In this document: positions 32,306 to 41,145 of the stretch, one piece after another
Numbering within the stretch: position 1 is the stretch's first letter
How the letters are laid out: every line of letters begins with the position of its first letter
Translations under genes and position numbers: made by a program
NCBI GenBank assembly: GCA_965248355.1
Contig: OZ252098.1
Location: forward strand, 2,176,001-2,240,000
Direction of reading: 5' to 3'
Origin: Candidatus Latescibacterota bacterium
Lineage (GTDB): Bacteria; Latescibacterota; UBA2968; UBA8231
DNA length: 64,000 bases
Notes under the pieces: model-generated
Database searches by the model: none
What the model was told of the DNA's origin: nothing
What the model saw: the letters and a program-made list of their open reading frames with translations, nothing else

Positions 32306-35300
32306 TTGAAGTCCTCCCTCCGGGTGGCTGCCGCCGTTTTTCTGCTCGCCGTCACCGCCGACGCCCAGCCGCGCAGCATCCTCACCGATCACTTCATCAT
32401 CACCTACACCCCCGGTACCGAGCGCACCGCCCGGCGCGTGGCCGAGGTCGCCGAGGAGGTCTTCCCCCACCTGGCCGCGGCTTTCGGGTACTACGACGAC
32501 TACGCCCCGATCCACATCCGGGTTCGCGACGACTCCGACTACGGCAACGGCGCCGCATCCGACTACACCAACGATGTCCACATCTGGGCCTCGAACCTGG
32601 ACTGGGAGATCCGCGGCGAGCACGACTGGATCCGCAACGTGCTCACCCACGAGATCACCCATGTGATGACCCTCGACAAGGCGCGCAAGAAATGGCCCTT
32701 CCGCTTCGGGCTCGTGCGGGTGAGCCGTTTCGACTCCAACCCGGACATCTCCTTCAACTTCCCCCTTTACTACCTCACCGCTCCCAAGTGGTGGATCGAG
32801 GGCATCGCCCAGATGGGGCCCTACGAGTTCGGCTGGGACACCTGGGACTCCCACCGCGACATGGTCCTGCGCATGGCGGTGCTCGAGGAAGACCTGCACA
32901 GCTACAACGAGATGGGGACGCTGAGCAACCGCACCGGCGGATACCGCGCCGAGATGGTCTACAACCAGGGATTCGCCCTGCTCATCTACATCGCCGACCA
33001 GTACGGCCGCGACAAGGTCGACGAGCTCCAGGAGCACGTGGGCTTCCTGAGCTTCGAGGTCGCCATCCGGCGCGTCCTGGGCATATCGGCGGGACAGCTC
33101 TACCGCGACTGGGTGCGGTTCCTCAGGGACCAGTACGATCAGCAGGTGGCCGGGATCCTCACCGAGGGCTTCTTCGAGGGAACCGACCTGGGCGACGTCA
33201 ACGGCGGCGTCATCGACTTCCATCCGGCGTACTCGCCGGACGGCCGCAAGCTGGCCTACATCAGCAGCGAGGACCGCGACTACCGCCTCCCGCGCCTGAT
33301 CATCTACGACCTCGATACCGGCGAGCGGCGCACCCTCGACGGCTGGGTGGACACCCGTGTCTCCTGGTCGCCCGACGGCGAAAAGGTCTACTTCCTGCGC
33401 AACCGGCGCGGGCACAACGATCTCGCCGTCTACGACCTCGACTCCGAGAAGGAGCGCCGCCTCAGCGCCGGGCTGCGGGCCCGCGACCCCCACGTGAGCC
33501 CCGACGGGAAGCAGATCGCCTTCTCCCGCCTGCGCGACGGCAACGCGAACCTCTGTCTGATCAACGTGAACGGCACGGGCCTGCGGCAGCTCACCGACTT
33601 CGAGGACGGGGCCCAGACCTACGCTCCGCGCTGGTCCCCGGATGGGGAATCGCTGCTCTTCAGCCTCTTCCGGGGGCATGACCGGGACATCGCCATGATC
33701 CGCGCCGACAGCCCGGCCAAGCCCAAGGACTGGGGGCTGCGGGACCGCAAGGCGAAGGGCCGGGTCCCTTCCGCCGCCAACGGCGACAGCGCCGCGGCCG
33801 ATTCCGGGGCCTCGGCCGGCGGCGGCGCCTGGTCGGACAGTCTCACCTACCCCGATGCCGACTCCTCCGGGTTCCGGCTGGTGCTGGCCACGCGCGCGGA
33901 CGAGCGCGACCCCTTCTGGCTGCCCGACGGCAGCGGCTTCGTCTTCGCCTCGGACCGGGGCGGCGTGTTCAACCTGTACCGCCACGACCTCGCCTCGGGC
34001 GACGTCGTGCAGATCACCAACGTCGTCGGCGGCGCCTTCACGCCCACCGTCTCCGCCGGGGGCCGTGTGGCCTACGCCGGCTACCACGCCAACGACTTCG
34101 ACCTGCGCGAGTTCGACCTGGGCGCCTTCGAGCGCGAGGTGGCCTGGCCCGCCCCCCTGGACCGGGACTACCAGGGCAAGGTCGAGGTCCCCAAGCTGTC
34201 CGAGGAGTACACCGTCACCCAGGCCTACGGGCGCAGGGTGTACGACTTCATCCCCCTGCTGCAGGTGGGGCCGACCTTCATCGGCAACCAGTTCGGCCTC
34301 AACCAGGTCAGCGGCGGCGCCGTCCTTGTGGCCACGAACGTCTTCGGCGGGGAGTTCATCGGCCAGGGAATCCTCGGCAAGAACTTCCGCGAAAAGACCG
34401 ACCTGAACACCGATTTCCTGCTGCTCTACGAGCGCCGGCTCTTTCCCCTCCAGGGCAACAACATCGCCCTCAACCCCTCCCTCTTCGCCGCCTTCCGCAG
34501 GCGCGAGATCGACTACGTCATCAACACGGAGTCGAGGAGAGATACGATCCTCGCGGCGGGGATCGTCTACGGCGCCACCAGCGACACGACGGGCCTGTTG
34601 ATCCCCCGGGCCAACCGGTACCTCTACGATCTCGATACCCGGAAGAACCGCTTCAAGGACGCCTTCGACTTCATGAGCGTCGGCCTCGAGCTGCCTCTCG
34701 GGCGGCGCCAGCAGTTCATCATGCAGTACCTGCGGCGGTCCTACGCCGAGGACTGGGATCTCGAACGGCTGCGCGTCCGCGAGCAGGTCTTCGTCATCCA
34801 GGACAGCACCGACGTCACCGGGGCGCTGCCCCCCCGGTTGGTCAGCCAGGACACGCTGCTCATCGGCCCCGACGATCCCCACACCTGGTACAGGGGGCTC
34901 GAGTTCTTCGACTCCCACGACCTGAGTCTGGCCTGGCGCTACCGCCACCTGAAGCCGACGAAGGACTATCTGGTCAATCCGACGGGCCGCGCCGCGACCC
35001 TGGTCTACCGCTACAGGAAGGCGGGCCTCGCGGACTCGTTGTACGAGCAGTCCTCCCTCGTCGGCGTGCCTCTCGACGTCCTCGCCCCCAAGCGCCGGCC
35101 CGTGACGGTCAACGAGTACATATTCAGCTACAGCGAACGCCTGGGGCTGCCCTTCTACAACCGGCTGTCCCTGGAGGTCCTCGGAGCCTTTCACAACTTC
35201 CGCCTGAAGCCGGGGTTCGTTGAGGGAGGGGGGATCTTCGAAGGGCGGTTCTACTGGCCCCTGCGGTACTATATCGGGGGCCAGAACTTCCTCAGCGGCT

Positions 35301-35797
35301 ATCCCTACTTCTTCCGCTCGGGATCCAAGCTGCTGTACGCGAAGGCCGCGTACAGCTTCCCGATTCTGCGTCGGATCGACGCGCGCTTCCTGAACTTCAC
35401 CTTCGCCAAGGCCTACGCCGAGGTCTTCGCCGAGACCGGCACGGTCTCCAACGCCAGCTCCGTCTCACTCGGCGAGATCGATTTCGACCCCCGGAACGTG
35501 ATCCACGACCTGCCGCGCGTCCTCGAGGAGGACTACCTGTCCGACGTGGGCGCGGAGCTGCGCCTCGAGCTGTTCACCAACTACCAGATCCCCCTGCGCG
35601 CCTACTTGCAGGTGGCCCACCCCCTGAACCGCAACCGCCTGCAGAGGGAGTCGGCCAGGGAGCGGGGACTGGATCCCGAGGATCCCGAGGCACCGCCGAA
35701 GATCGACAAGTGGCGCTACTACTTCGGCCTGGGCTTCTTTCCCGCGGACCTGCTGTCAGCGGGCGGGCGGATCGCGCAGGCCCGGCTGTTCGACTAA
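32306..35797 (+). CDS. Exported multidomain protein: HExxH metallopeptidase-like domain, TolB/PD40 propeller and BamA-like beta-barrel C-terminus
   Basis: Signal peptide; VLTHEITH plus downstream WWIEGIA; repeated YSPDG/WSPDG; YIGG..FLSGY, DVGAELR and YYFGLG. Confidence 0.75.
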   Translation: MKSSLRVAAAVFLLAVTADAQPRSILTDHFIITYTPGTERTARRVAEVAEEVFPHLAAAFGYYDDYAPIHIRVRDDSDYGNGAASDYTNDVHIWASNLDWEIRGEHDWIRNVLTHEITHVMTLDKARKKWPFRFGLVRVSRFDSNPDISFNFPLYYLTAPKWWIEGIAQMGPYEFGWDTWDSHRDMVLRMAVLEEDLHSYNEMGTLSNRTGGYRAEMVYNQGFALLIYIADQYGRDKVDELQEHVGFLSFEVAIRRVLGISAGQLYRDWVRFLRDQYDQQVAGILTEGFFEGTDLGDVNGGVIDFHPAYSPDGRKLAYISSEDRDYRLPRLIIYDLDTGERRTLDGWVDTRVSWSPDGEKVYFLRNRRGHNDLAVYDLDSEKERRLSAGLRARDPHVSPDGKQIAFSRLRDGNANLCLINVNGTGLRQLTDFEDGAQTYAPRWSPDGESLLFSLFRGHDRDIAMIRADSPAKPKDWGLRDRKAKGRVPSAANGDSAAADSGASAGGGAWSDSLTYPDADSSGFRLVLATRADERDPFWLPDGSGFVFASDRGGVFNLYRHDLASGDVVQITNVVGGAFTPTVSAGGRVAYAGYHANDFDLREFDLGAFEREVAWPAPLDRDYQGKVEVPKLSEEYTVTQAYGRRVYDFIPLLQVGPTFIGNQFGLNQVSGGAVLVATNVFGGEFIGQGILGKNFREKTDLNTDFLLLYERRLFPLQGNNIALNPSLFAAFRRREIDYVINTESRRDTILAAGIVYGATSDTTGLLIPRANRYLYDLDTRKNRFKDAFDFMSVGLELPLGRRQQFIMQYLRRSYAEDWDLERLRVREQVFVIQDSTDVTGALPPRLVSQDTLLIGPDDPHTWYRGLEFFDSHDLSLAWRYRHLKPTKDYLVNPTGRAATLVYRYRKAGLADSLYEQSSLVGVPLDVLAPKRRPVTVNEYIFSYSERLGLPFYNRLSLEVLGAFHNFRLKPGFVEGGGIFEGRFYWPLRYYIGGQNFLSGYPYFFRSGSKLLYAKAAYSFPILRRIDARFLNFTFAKAYAEVFAETGTVSNASSVSLGEIDFDPRNVIHDLPRVLEEDYLSDVGAELRLELFTNYQIPLRAYLQVAHPLNRNRLQRESARERGLDPEDPEAPPKIDKWRYYFGLGFFPADLLSAGGRIAQARLFD

Positions 35798-35822
35798 CTC
35801 CCGCGGCGGAAAGGGCGTTCCC

Positions 35823-35951
35823 TTGTCCAGAGTCGACCTGCGAAAGCTGGCCCTGCGCTGGAAGATCGTGGAGATGCTGCGCATCCACTCGGAGCGCAGG
35901 AAGCTGGCCGAAGCGGTCCGGTTCTGGCGGCGGCTCGTAAGGCCCAACTGA
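35823..35951 (+). CDS. Putative 42-aa basic small protein
   Basis: TTG start after GGAAAGG; MSRVDLRKLALRWKIVEMLRIHSERRKLAEAVRFWRRLVRPN*; host-like codon usage; lies in an intergenic gap. Confidence 0.5.
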   Translation: MSRVDLRKLALRWKIVEMLRIHSERRKLAEAVRFWRRLVRPN

Positions 35952-36002
35952 GGGCTGGCTGCCGCAGGCTCCAAGCGGGGGGCTGGCCCCGCCGGGTTCA
36001 GT

Positions 36003-36533
36003 TCAGGCCGTCCCCGGCTCCCGCAGGAGGATGCTCAACCGGCGTCCGTAGCCCACCGCCGATAGCAGGATCAGGCCCGCCGTGAGCCCCTGCAGCCACG
36101 CCGCCAGGGGCGGCTCCCCGGGCGCGAGGGCGTAGGCGAGGATCGTCAGGGACATGGCCCAGGTCGCCGCCTTGCCTGCCGAGCTCGCGCCCATGACCTG
36201 GCGCCGGCGGAGCAGGAAGGCACCCGCGGCCAGGATGGCCGCATCCCGCGCCACTTGCAGCAGCAGCAGCCAGGCCGGGAAGGCCTGCCAGGCCCAGAGG
36301 GCGGCGCCCACGGAGGCGATGAAGACCTTGTCGGCCACCGGGTCGAGGATCCGGCCCAGGCGGGAGGCCTGGTGGAGCCGGCGGGCGGCGATGCCGTCGA
36401 GGACATCGGTCGCTCCGGCGACGCCGAGCACGAGGAGGGTGATGGCACCGGCCTGATCGCCGTCGTCCCGGAGGCTGGAGACGACCACGGGCGCCAGGGC
36501 GATGCGCAGCAGGCTCAGGGCGTTGGCGAGCAC
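36003..36533 (-). CDS. CDP-alcohol phosphatidyltransferase (PgsA-like)
   Basis: NALSLLRI and TDVLDGIAARR...LGRILDPVADK. Confidence 0.9.
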   Translation of the reverse strand: MLANALSLLRIALAPVVVSSLRDDGDQAGAITLLVLGVAGATDVLDGIAARRLHQASRLGRILDPVADKVFIASVGAALWAWQAFPAWLLLLQVARDAAILAAGAFLLRRRQVMGASSAGKAATWAMSLTILAYALAPGEPPLAAWLQGLTAGLILLSAVGYGRRLSILLREPGTA

Positions 36534-36563
36534 GGGACGGACCCGACGGCGGCGCCGGGTGGA

Positions 36564-36845
36564 TCAGCCATCGTCGCCGGGAGGCTCGGTGAGGGCTGCT
36601 TCGTCCCCGGCGTCGAGGAACTCCACCTGAAAGTCGCCCCCGGCCCTTTCCACCAGCACCTGAACGCGCTTGCGCGTGTCGTCCAACAGCCGGGCACAGT
36701 CCCGGGACGCGGCGATGCCGCGCTCGAAGACCTCGAGGGACTCGTCGAGGCTGAGGTCGCCCGACTCGAGGCGGGCGACGCAGTCCTCGAGCTTCTCCAT
36801 GGCCTCCTCGAAGGTGGGCGCGGACTCCGGTCTCTCGGTGCTCAC
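36564..36845 (-). CDS. xseB: Exodeoxyribonuclease VII small subunit
   Basis: TFEEAMEKLE...LESGDLSLDESL..FERG. Follows xseA. Confidence 0.95.
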   Translation of the reverse strand: MSTERPESAPTFEEAMEKLEDCVARLESGDLSLDESLEVFERGIAASRDCARLLDDTRKRVQVLVERAGGDFQVEFLDAGDEAALTEPPGDDG

Positions 36846-38065
36846 TGGCTCTCCACCTCCTCCACCTGGCATCGGGCCGACCCTTCGGCGAACCGCAGCC
36901 GCAGGCGTTCACCGGGGTGCAGGTCGGCGGTGGACCGCACCCTCCGGCCGTCCCTCTCGCGCTGGCAATAGGCGAATCCGCCGGCGAGGCTGCGCAGCGG
37001 GTTGCGCGCGTCGAGGCGCAGCAGGGACCGGTCGAACCGATCCCGGCGGGAACTCAGACATCCGTCCAGGGCCGCAGCAAGCCTCGCCCGGGACTCGTCG
37101 AGGCCCTGGGCCCGCTGGTCGACGCCATCCATCAGGTGGCCCGCCAAGCGCCCGGGAGGCGAGCCGTCGAGGCGCTGCTGCTGGTCGTCCAGCCGGGCCT
37201 GCACGGCTTGCAGCAGCCGTCCTCGCCGGTCGCCCAGACGCTCTCGCAGCAGGGCGCGCTCCCTGGTCACCAGCTCGGCCGCCACCGACGGGGTGGAGGC
37301 CCGTACATCGGCCACGTAGTCCGCGATGGTGTGGTCGATCTCGTGCCCCACGGCGGTCACCACGGGAAGAGCCGACGCATCGATGGCCCGGGCCACCCCT
37401 TCGTCGTTGAAAGGCCACAGGTCCTCGGGTGATCCGCCGCCGCGAGTGACGACGACGACATCGACCCCGCCGAACCGGTTGAGGCGATCGATGGCGGCGG
37501 CGATCTCGCCCGCCGAGCCCGCTCCCTGGACCCGGGCCGGCGCCAGCACCACCGGCAGGCCGGGAGCCCGGCGTCCCAGGACCTTCACGATGTCCCGGAT
37601 GGCGGCCCCCGTCGGTGAGGTGACGACGCCGATGGCGCGGGGGTAGACCGGCAGAGGACGCTTTCGCTGCGCGTCGAAGAGCCCCTCCTCCGCGAGGCGC
37701 GCACGCAGCTCCTCGAAGGCCAGGGCCATCTCGCCGACGCCGGACGGGCGCATGCGGTATACGTAGAACTGGTAGCGCCCGCCACGCTCGTAGACGGAGA
37801 GGTTGCCGTAGGCCAGGACCTTGCTTCCCGGCTCCGGATCGAACCGGAGCTGCTGGGCGTAGGAGCGGAACATCACGCAGCTCAGCTGACTGCGCTCGTC
37901 GGCCAGGCTCAGGTAGAGGTGCCCGGAGGCCGGCCGCGAGAGCTCCGAGATCTCCCCTTCCACCCAGCAGAACGGCAGGGCTTCCTCGAGGGCCGCGCGC
38001 ACGCGGGCGGTGACGTCGGAGACGCTGAAGGGACCGGCCGGTCCCCGCTCGAAGGCGCCGCTCAC
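36842..38065 (-). CDS. xseA: Exodeoxyribonuclease VII large subunit
   Basis: VEGEIS, SGHLY, TSPTGAAIRD, RGGGSPEDLW and VGHEID. Confidence 0.95.
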   Translation of the reverse strand: MSGAFERGPAGPFSVSDVTARVRAALEEALPFCWVEGEISELSRPASGHLYLSLADERSQLSCVMFRSYAQQLRFDPEPGSKVLAYGNLSVYERGGRYQFYVYRMRPSGVGEMALAFEELRARLAEEGLFDAQRKRPLPVYPRAIGVVTSPTGAAIRDIVKVLGRRAPGLPVVLAPARVQGAGSAGEIAAAIDRLNRFGGVDVVVVTRGGGSPEDLWPFNDEGVARAIDASALPVVTAVGHEIDHTIADYVADVRASTPSVAAELVTRERALLRERLGDRRGRLLQAVQARLDDQQQRLDGSPPGRLAGHLMDGVDQRAQGLDESRARLAAALDGCLSSRRDRFDRSLLRLDARNPLRSLAGGFAYCQRERDGRRVRSTADLHPGERLRLRFAEGSARCQVEEVESQ

Positions 38066-38066
38066 G

Positions 38067-38882
38067 CTAGTCCTCGTCGCCCACGTCGGCGGCGCCGGTC
38101 CCGGTCAGGGCGATCTGAAGCCGCTCGATCCCGGTGGCCATGCCGCTGTCGTCGTCCACGTCGATCAGGGCGCCGCAGAACCAGGGGACACCGTCGGCCG
38201 GCTTGAAGCGCAGCGGCACCTGGTTCAGGAAGCGCCGGACGGCGATCTCGGGGCGCGTTCCGATGACCGAATCGCGAACCCCGGTCATGCCCGCGTCCGT
38301 CAGGTAGGCCGTGCCCCGCGGCAGGATGCGCTCGTCGGCGGTCTGCACGTGCGTGTGGGTCCCGATGACGGCCGATGCGAGGCCGTCGAGATGGTAGCCG
38401 AGAGCGATCTTCTCCGCCGTGGCCTCGGCGTGGAAGTCGACGATCACCACCGGCGTCTGTCCCTTCAGACGCTCGACCTCGGCCCGCCCGCGCCGGAAGG
38501 GGCAGTCGATGGCGGGCATGAAGGTGCGCCCCTGCAGGTTGACCACCGCCACCGGCCGACCATGGCGCGCCTCTGCGACGGTGGACCCGCATCCGGGGGC
38601 GGCCTCCGGGTAGTTCAGGGGCCTCAGAACGCGGTCGAGGGCGTCGAGGCGGCTGACGAAATCGGCGCGGTTCCAGATGTGGTTTCCCGATGTGATCACG
38701 TCGACGCCGTAGGCGTGGAGCTTGCGCCGGATGTTGTCGGTCATGCCGAAGCCCCCGGCGGCGTTCTCGCCGTTGGCGATGCAGAACTGGACCTCGTGCT
38801 CCTGGATCAACCGGGGGATCAACTCGGCCGCGGCGCGGCGGCCGGGGCGGGCGTAGATGTCGGCGACGAAGAGGATTCTCAA
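38067..38882 (-). CDS. ymdB: YmdB/TIGR00282 family metallophosphoesterase
   Basis: NGENAAGG, SGNHIW, DFHAEATAEK and GTHTHVQTAD. Downstream of rny. Confidence 0.9.
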   Translation of the reverse strand: MRILFVADIYARPGRRAAAELIPRLIQEHEVQFCIANGENAAGGFGMTDNIRRKLHAYGVDVITSGNHIWNRADFVSRLDALDRVLRPLNYPEAAPGCGSTVAEARHGRPVAVVNLQGRTFMPAIDCPFRRGRAEVERLKGQTPVVIVDFHAEATAEKIALGYHLDGLASAVIGTHTHVQTADERILPRGTAYLTDAGMTGVRDSVIGTRPEIAVRRFLNQVPLRFKPADGVPWFCGALIDVDDDSGMATGIERLQIALTGTGAADVGDED

Positions 38883-38957
38883 ATCGGAGCCCTTCGGGTT
38901 GAGGGACGCGGCGGCACCCGCAACCGGCCTTCGGTCGGTGCCCGGGGCTGGGCCTGT

Positions 38958-40541
38958 CTACCTGGCGAAGTGGACGGCGCGAACCTCGCGGATGACGAGG
39001 ACCTTGATCTGGCCGTGCTGGCCGAGCTCCTCTTCGAGGTCGTAGGAGATCTCGTCGGCGAGCTGATCCGCATAGGAGTCGTCGACGGCGCCGCTGTCGA
39101 CGAGGACCCGGACTTCCCTGCCGTTCTGCAGGGCGAAGGCGTGCTGCACGCCGGGGTGGTCCAGGGCGACCTCCTCGATGTTGTGCATGCGGCGGATGTA
39201 GTCCTCCACCTTCCCCTTCAGGGCGCCGGGCCGGTGGGTGGAGATCTCGTCGGCGGCCTCCACGAGGATGGAAAGGGCGGAGCGGCCGGGCAGGTGGGGG
39301 ATGTGGGTCTCGATGACCTCCACCACCTCGGGGCTCTCGCCGCACTTGCGGGCCAGGGCGGCGCTCGCCTGGGCGGGGTCCGGGCCGGCGTCGTGGTCGA
39401 GGGCCTTGGCCACGTCGTGAAGCAGTCCGGCGCGCCGGGCCAGGGCGAAGTCCATGCCGAGTTCCTCGGCCATCATGCCGGCCAGGAGCCCCACCTCCTT
39501 GCTGTGGACGAGCAGGTTCTGCCCGTAGCTGGTCCGGAAGCGCAGCCGGCCCACGTGTTCGAGGAGGGGCTCGGCCATGTCGTGGATGCCGAGGTCGAAG
39601 GCCGCCTGCGACCCGGACTCGCGGATCAGTTCCTCCACGTCTCCGAGGCACTTGGCGTAGACCTCCTCGATACGGCCGGGGTGGATGCGGCCATCGAGGA
39701 TCAGCTTCTCCAGCGTGTTCCTGGCGACCTCCCGGCGCAGGGGATCGAAGCTGGACAGCATGACGACGCCCGGCGTGTCATCGACGATGACCTCGACGCC
39801 GGTGATCATGTCGAAGGAGCGGATGTTCCGCCCGTCGCGGCCGATGATGCGGCCCTTCATGTCGTCGGAGGGCAGGGGGACGTCGGAGACCGTGCTCTCC
39901 ATGGCCAGCCGGCCGGCGAAGCGTTGGATGGACCGCGAGATGATCTCCTTGGCCTCGCGGTTGGCGTTGGCGATGGCGTGATCCTTGATCAGCCTGACCT
40001 TGCGCGACGCGTACTGCCGGGCGCCCTCCTCCTGCTGCTCGATCAGGAGCCGGCGCGCTTCGGCCATGCTGAGGCCGGCGATCTCCTCCAGCCGCTGCCG
40101 CTGCTGTCTCGTCATGTCGTGGACGCGGTCCTCCTCGGCGGTGATCGACTCCTCCCGCTGGGACAGATCCTGCTCGGTCTTGAGAAGGCTGCGTTCCTTG
40201 CTCTCGAGGACGTCCACCTTGCGGTCGAGCTGCTGCTCCCGATCCTGCAGGCCGGCCTCGAACTGACGCAGAGAGCGCTTGGTGTTCTCCAGTTCGCGCT
40301 CCAGGGGCTCGCGCTGGCGTCGCCAGTCGTCCTTGGCCTCCAGGGCGGCGGTCTTCTTCAGGGTCTCCGCCTCGCCCCGCGCCTCCTCGAGGAGGCGCGC
40401 CGCCAGCTCTCGCGAGGACTCGAGCCGGTTGCCCCGGCGCCTGCTGTTGACCAGCAATCCGCAGATGAACCCGAGCCCGAGCACGGCCAGGGCGAGCGCT
40501 CCGGCGCCGAGGACCACCATCGTCTGGCCCGCCGGCATCAA
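38958..40541 (-). CDS. rny: Ribonuclease Y
   Basis: N-terminal TM, coiled coil, KH domain (MKGRIIGRDGRNIR) and HD domain (TSYGQN...LLHD). Confidence 0.95.
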   Translation of the reverse strand: MMPAGQTMVVLGAGALALAVLGLGFICGLLVNSRRRGNRLESSRELAARLLEEARGEAETLKKTAALEAKDDWRRQREPLERELENTKRSLRQFEAGLQDREQQLDRKVDVLESKERSLLKTEQDLSQREESITAEEDRVHDMTRQQRQRLEEIAGLSMAEARRLLIEQQEEGARQYASRKVRLIKDHAIANANREAKEIISRSIQRFAGRLAMESTVSDVPLPSDDMKGRIIGRDGRNIRSFDMITGVEVIVDDTPGVVMLSSFDPLRREVARNTLEKLILDGRIHPGRIEEVYAKCLGDVEELIRESGSQAAFDLGIHDMAEPLLEHVGRLRFRTSYGQNLLVHSKEVGLLAGMMAEELGMDFALARRAGLLHDVAKALDHDAGPDPAQASAALARKCGESPEVVEVIETHIPHLPGRSALSILVEAADEISTHRPGALKGKVEDYIRRMHNIEEVALDHPGVQHAFALQNGREVRVLVDSGAVDDSYADQLADEISYDLEEELGQHGQIKVLVIREVRAVHFAR

Positions 40542-40885
40542 TCGTCGCTTCCGGGGGCGGTGTGACCTGGGTCGCGTGACGCCACCTCTTCGGCCTCGCG
40601 GAAGATCTGTCCGAGGGACTCGGTGAGGCGGTGGGTGCGCTCGGAGAGGTTGGCCTCCACGGTGGAGACCTCGTCCTGCAGATGCATCAACTCGTCTACC
40701 AACTCGAGACCGGCCAGCACCGCCGTCTGGATCGGCGTGCTGCCGTCGTACTGGACCTCGCGCATCTTTGAGTCCACGAGCTCGGCCACCTGCTGGATGT
40801 GGCGGTCGGTCTCCTCACCCCGGGAGGCGAAGGTGTACTGCCGGCCCATGATGGCGACCTTGATCGTCCGGAGGGCGGGCGCCAT
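40538..40885 (-). CDS. zapA: Cell division protein ZapA
   Basis: VAIMGRQY...VAELVDSKM...AVLAGL; pheT-zapB-zapA-rny synteny. Confidence 0.85.
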   Translation of the reverse strand: MAPALRTIKVAIMGRQYTFASRGEETDRHIQQVAELVDSKMREVQYDGSTPIQTAVLAGLELVDELMHLQDEVSTVEANLSERTHRLTESLGQIFREAEEVASRDPGHTAPGSDD

Positions 40886-40890
40886 CGATC

Positions 40891-41145
40891 TCAGGAGTCC
40901 ACGGCCTCGAGGCGCGACAGCAGGCATTCCAGCCGTTCCTTGGCCTGCCGGTTGCGCTCAGCCGCCTGGCGCTGTTCTTCCTCGGTCTCGGTGAGGCGGG
41001 CCTGCAGACGTTCGATCTCCTGCTGGGCCTCGGCGGCGCGCTCCCGCAAGGTGGCGTTCTCGCCGCGGAACTGCTCCAGCCTTTCCAGGAGGCGGTTCAC
41101 CTCCTCTTCCAGGCGCTGAAAATTGCCGTCCACGTTCTCGGTCAT
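40891..41145 (-). CDS. ZapB-like coiled-coil protein
   Basis: 84-aa coiled coil (LEEEVNRLL...ENATLR) between pheT and zapA. Confidence 0.75.
   Translation of the reverse strand: MTENVDGNFQRLEEEVNRLLERLEQFRGENATLRERAAEAQQEIERLQARLTETEEEQRQAAERNRQAKERLECLLSRLEAVDS

Noticed and set aside
40500..40560. Possible 6S RNA downstream of zapA
   Set aside because: zapA overlaps the annotated rny start, leaving no room.
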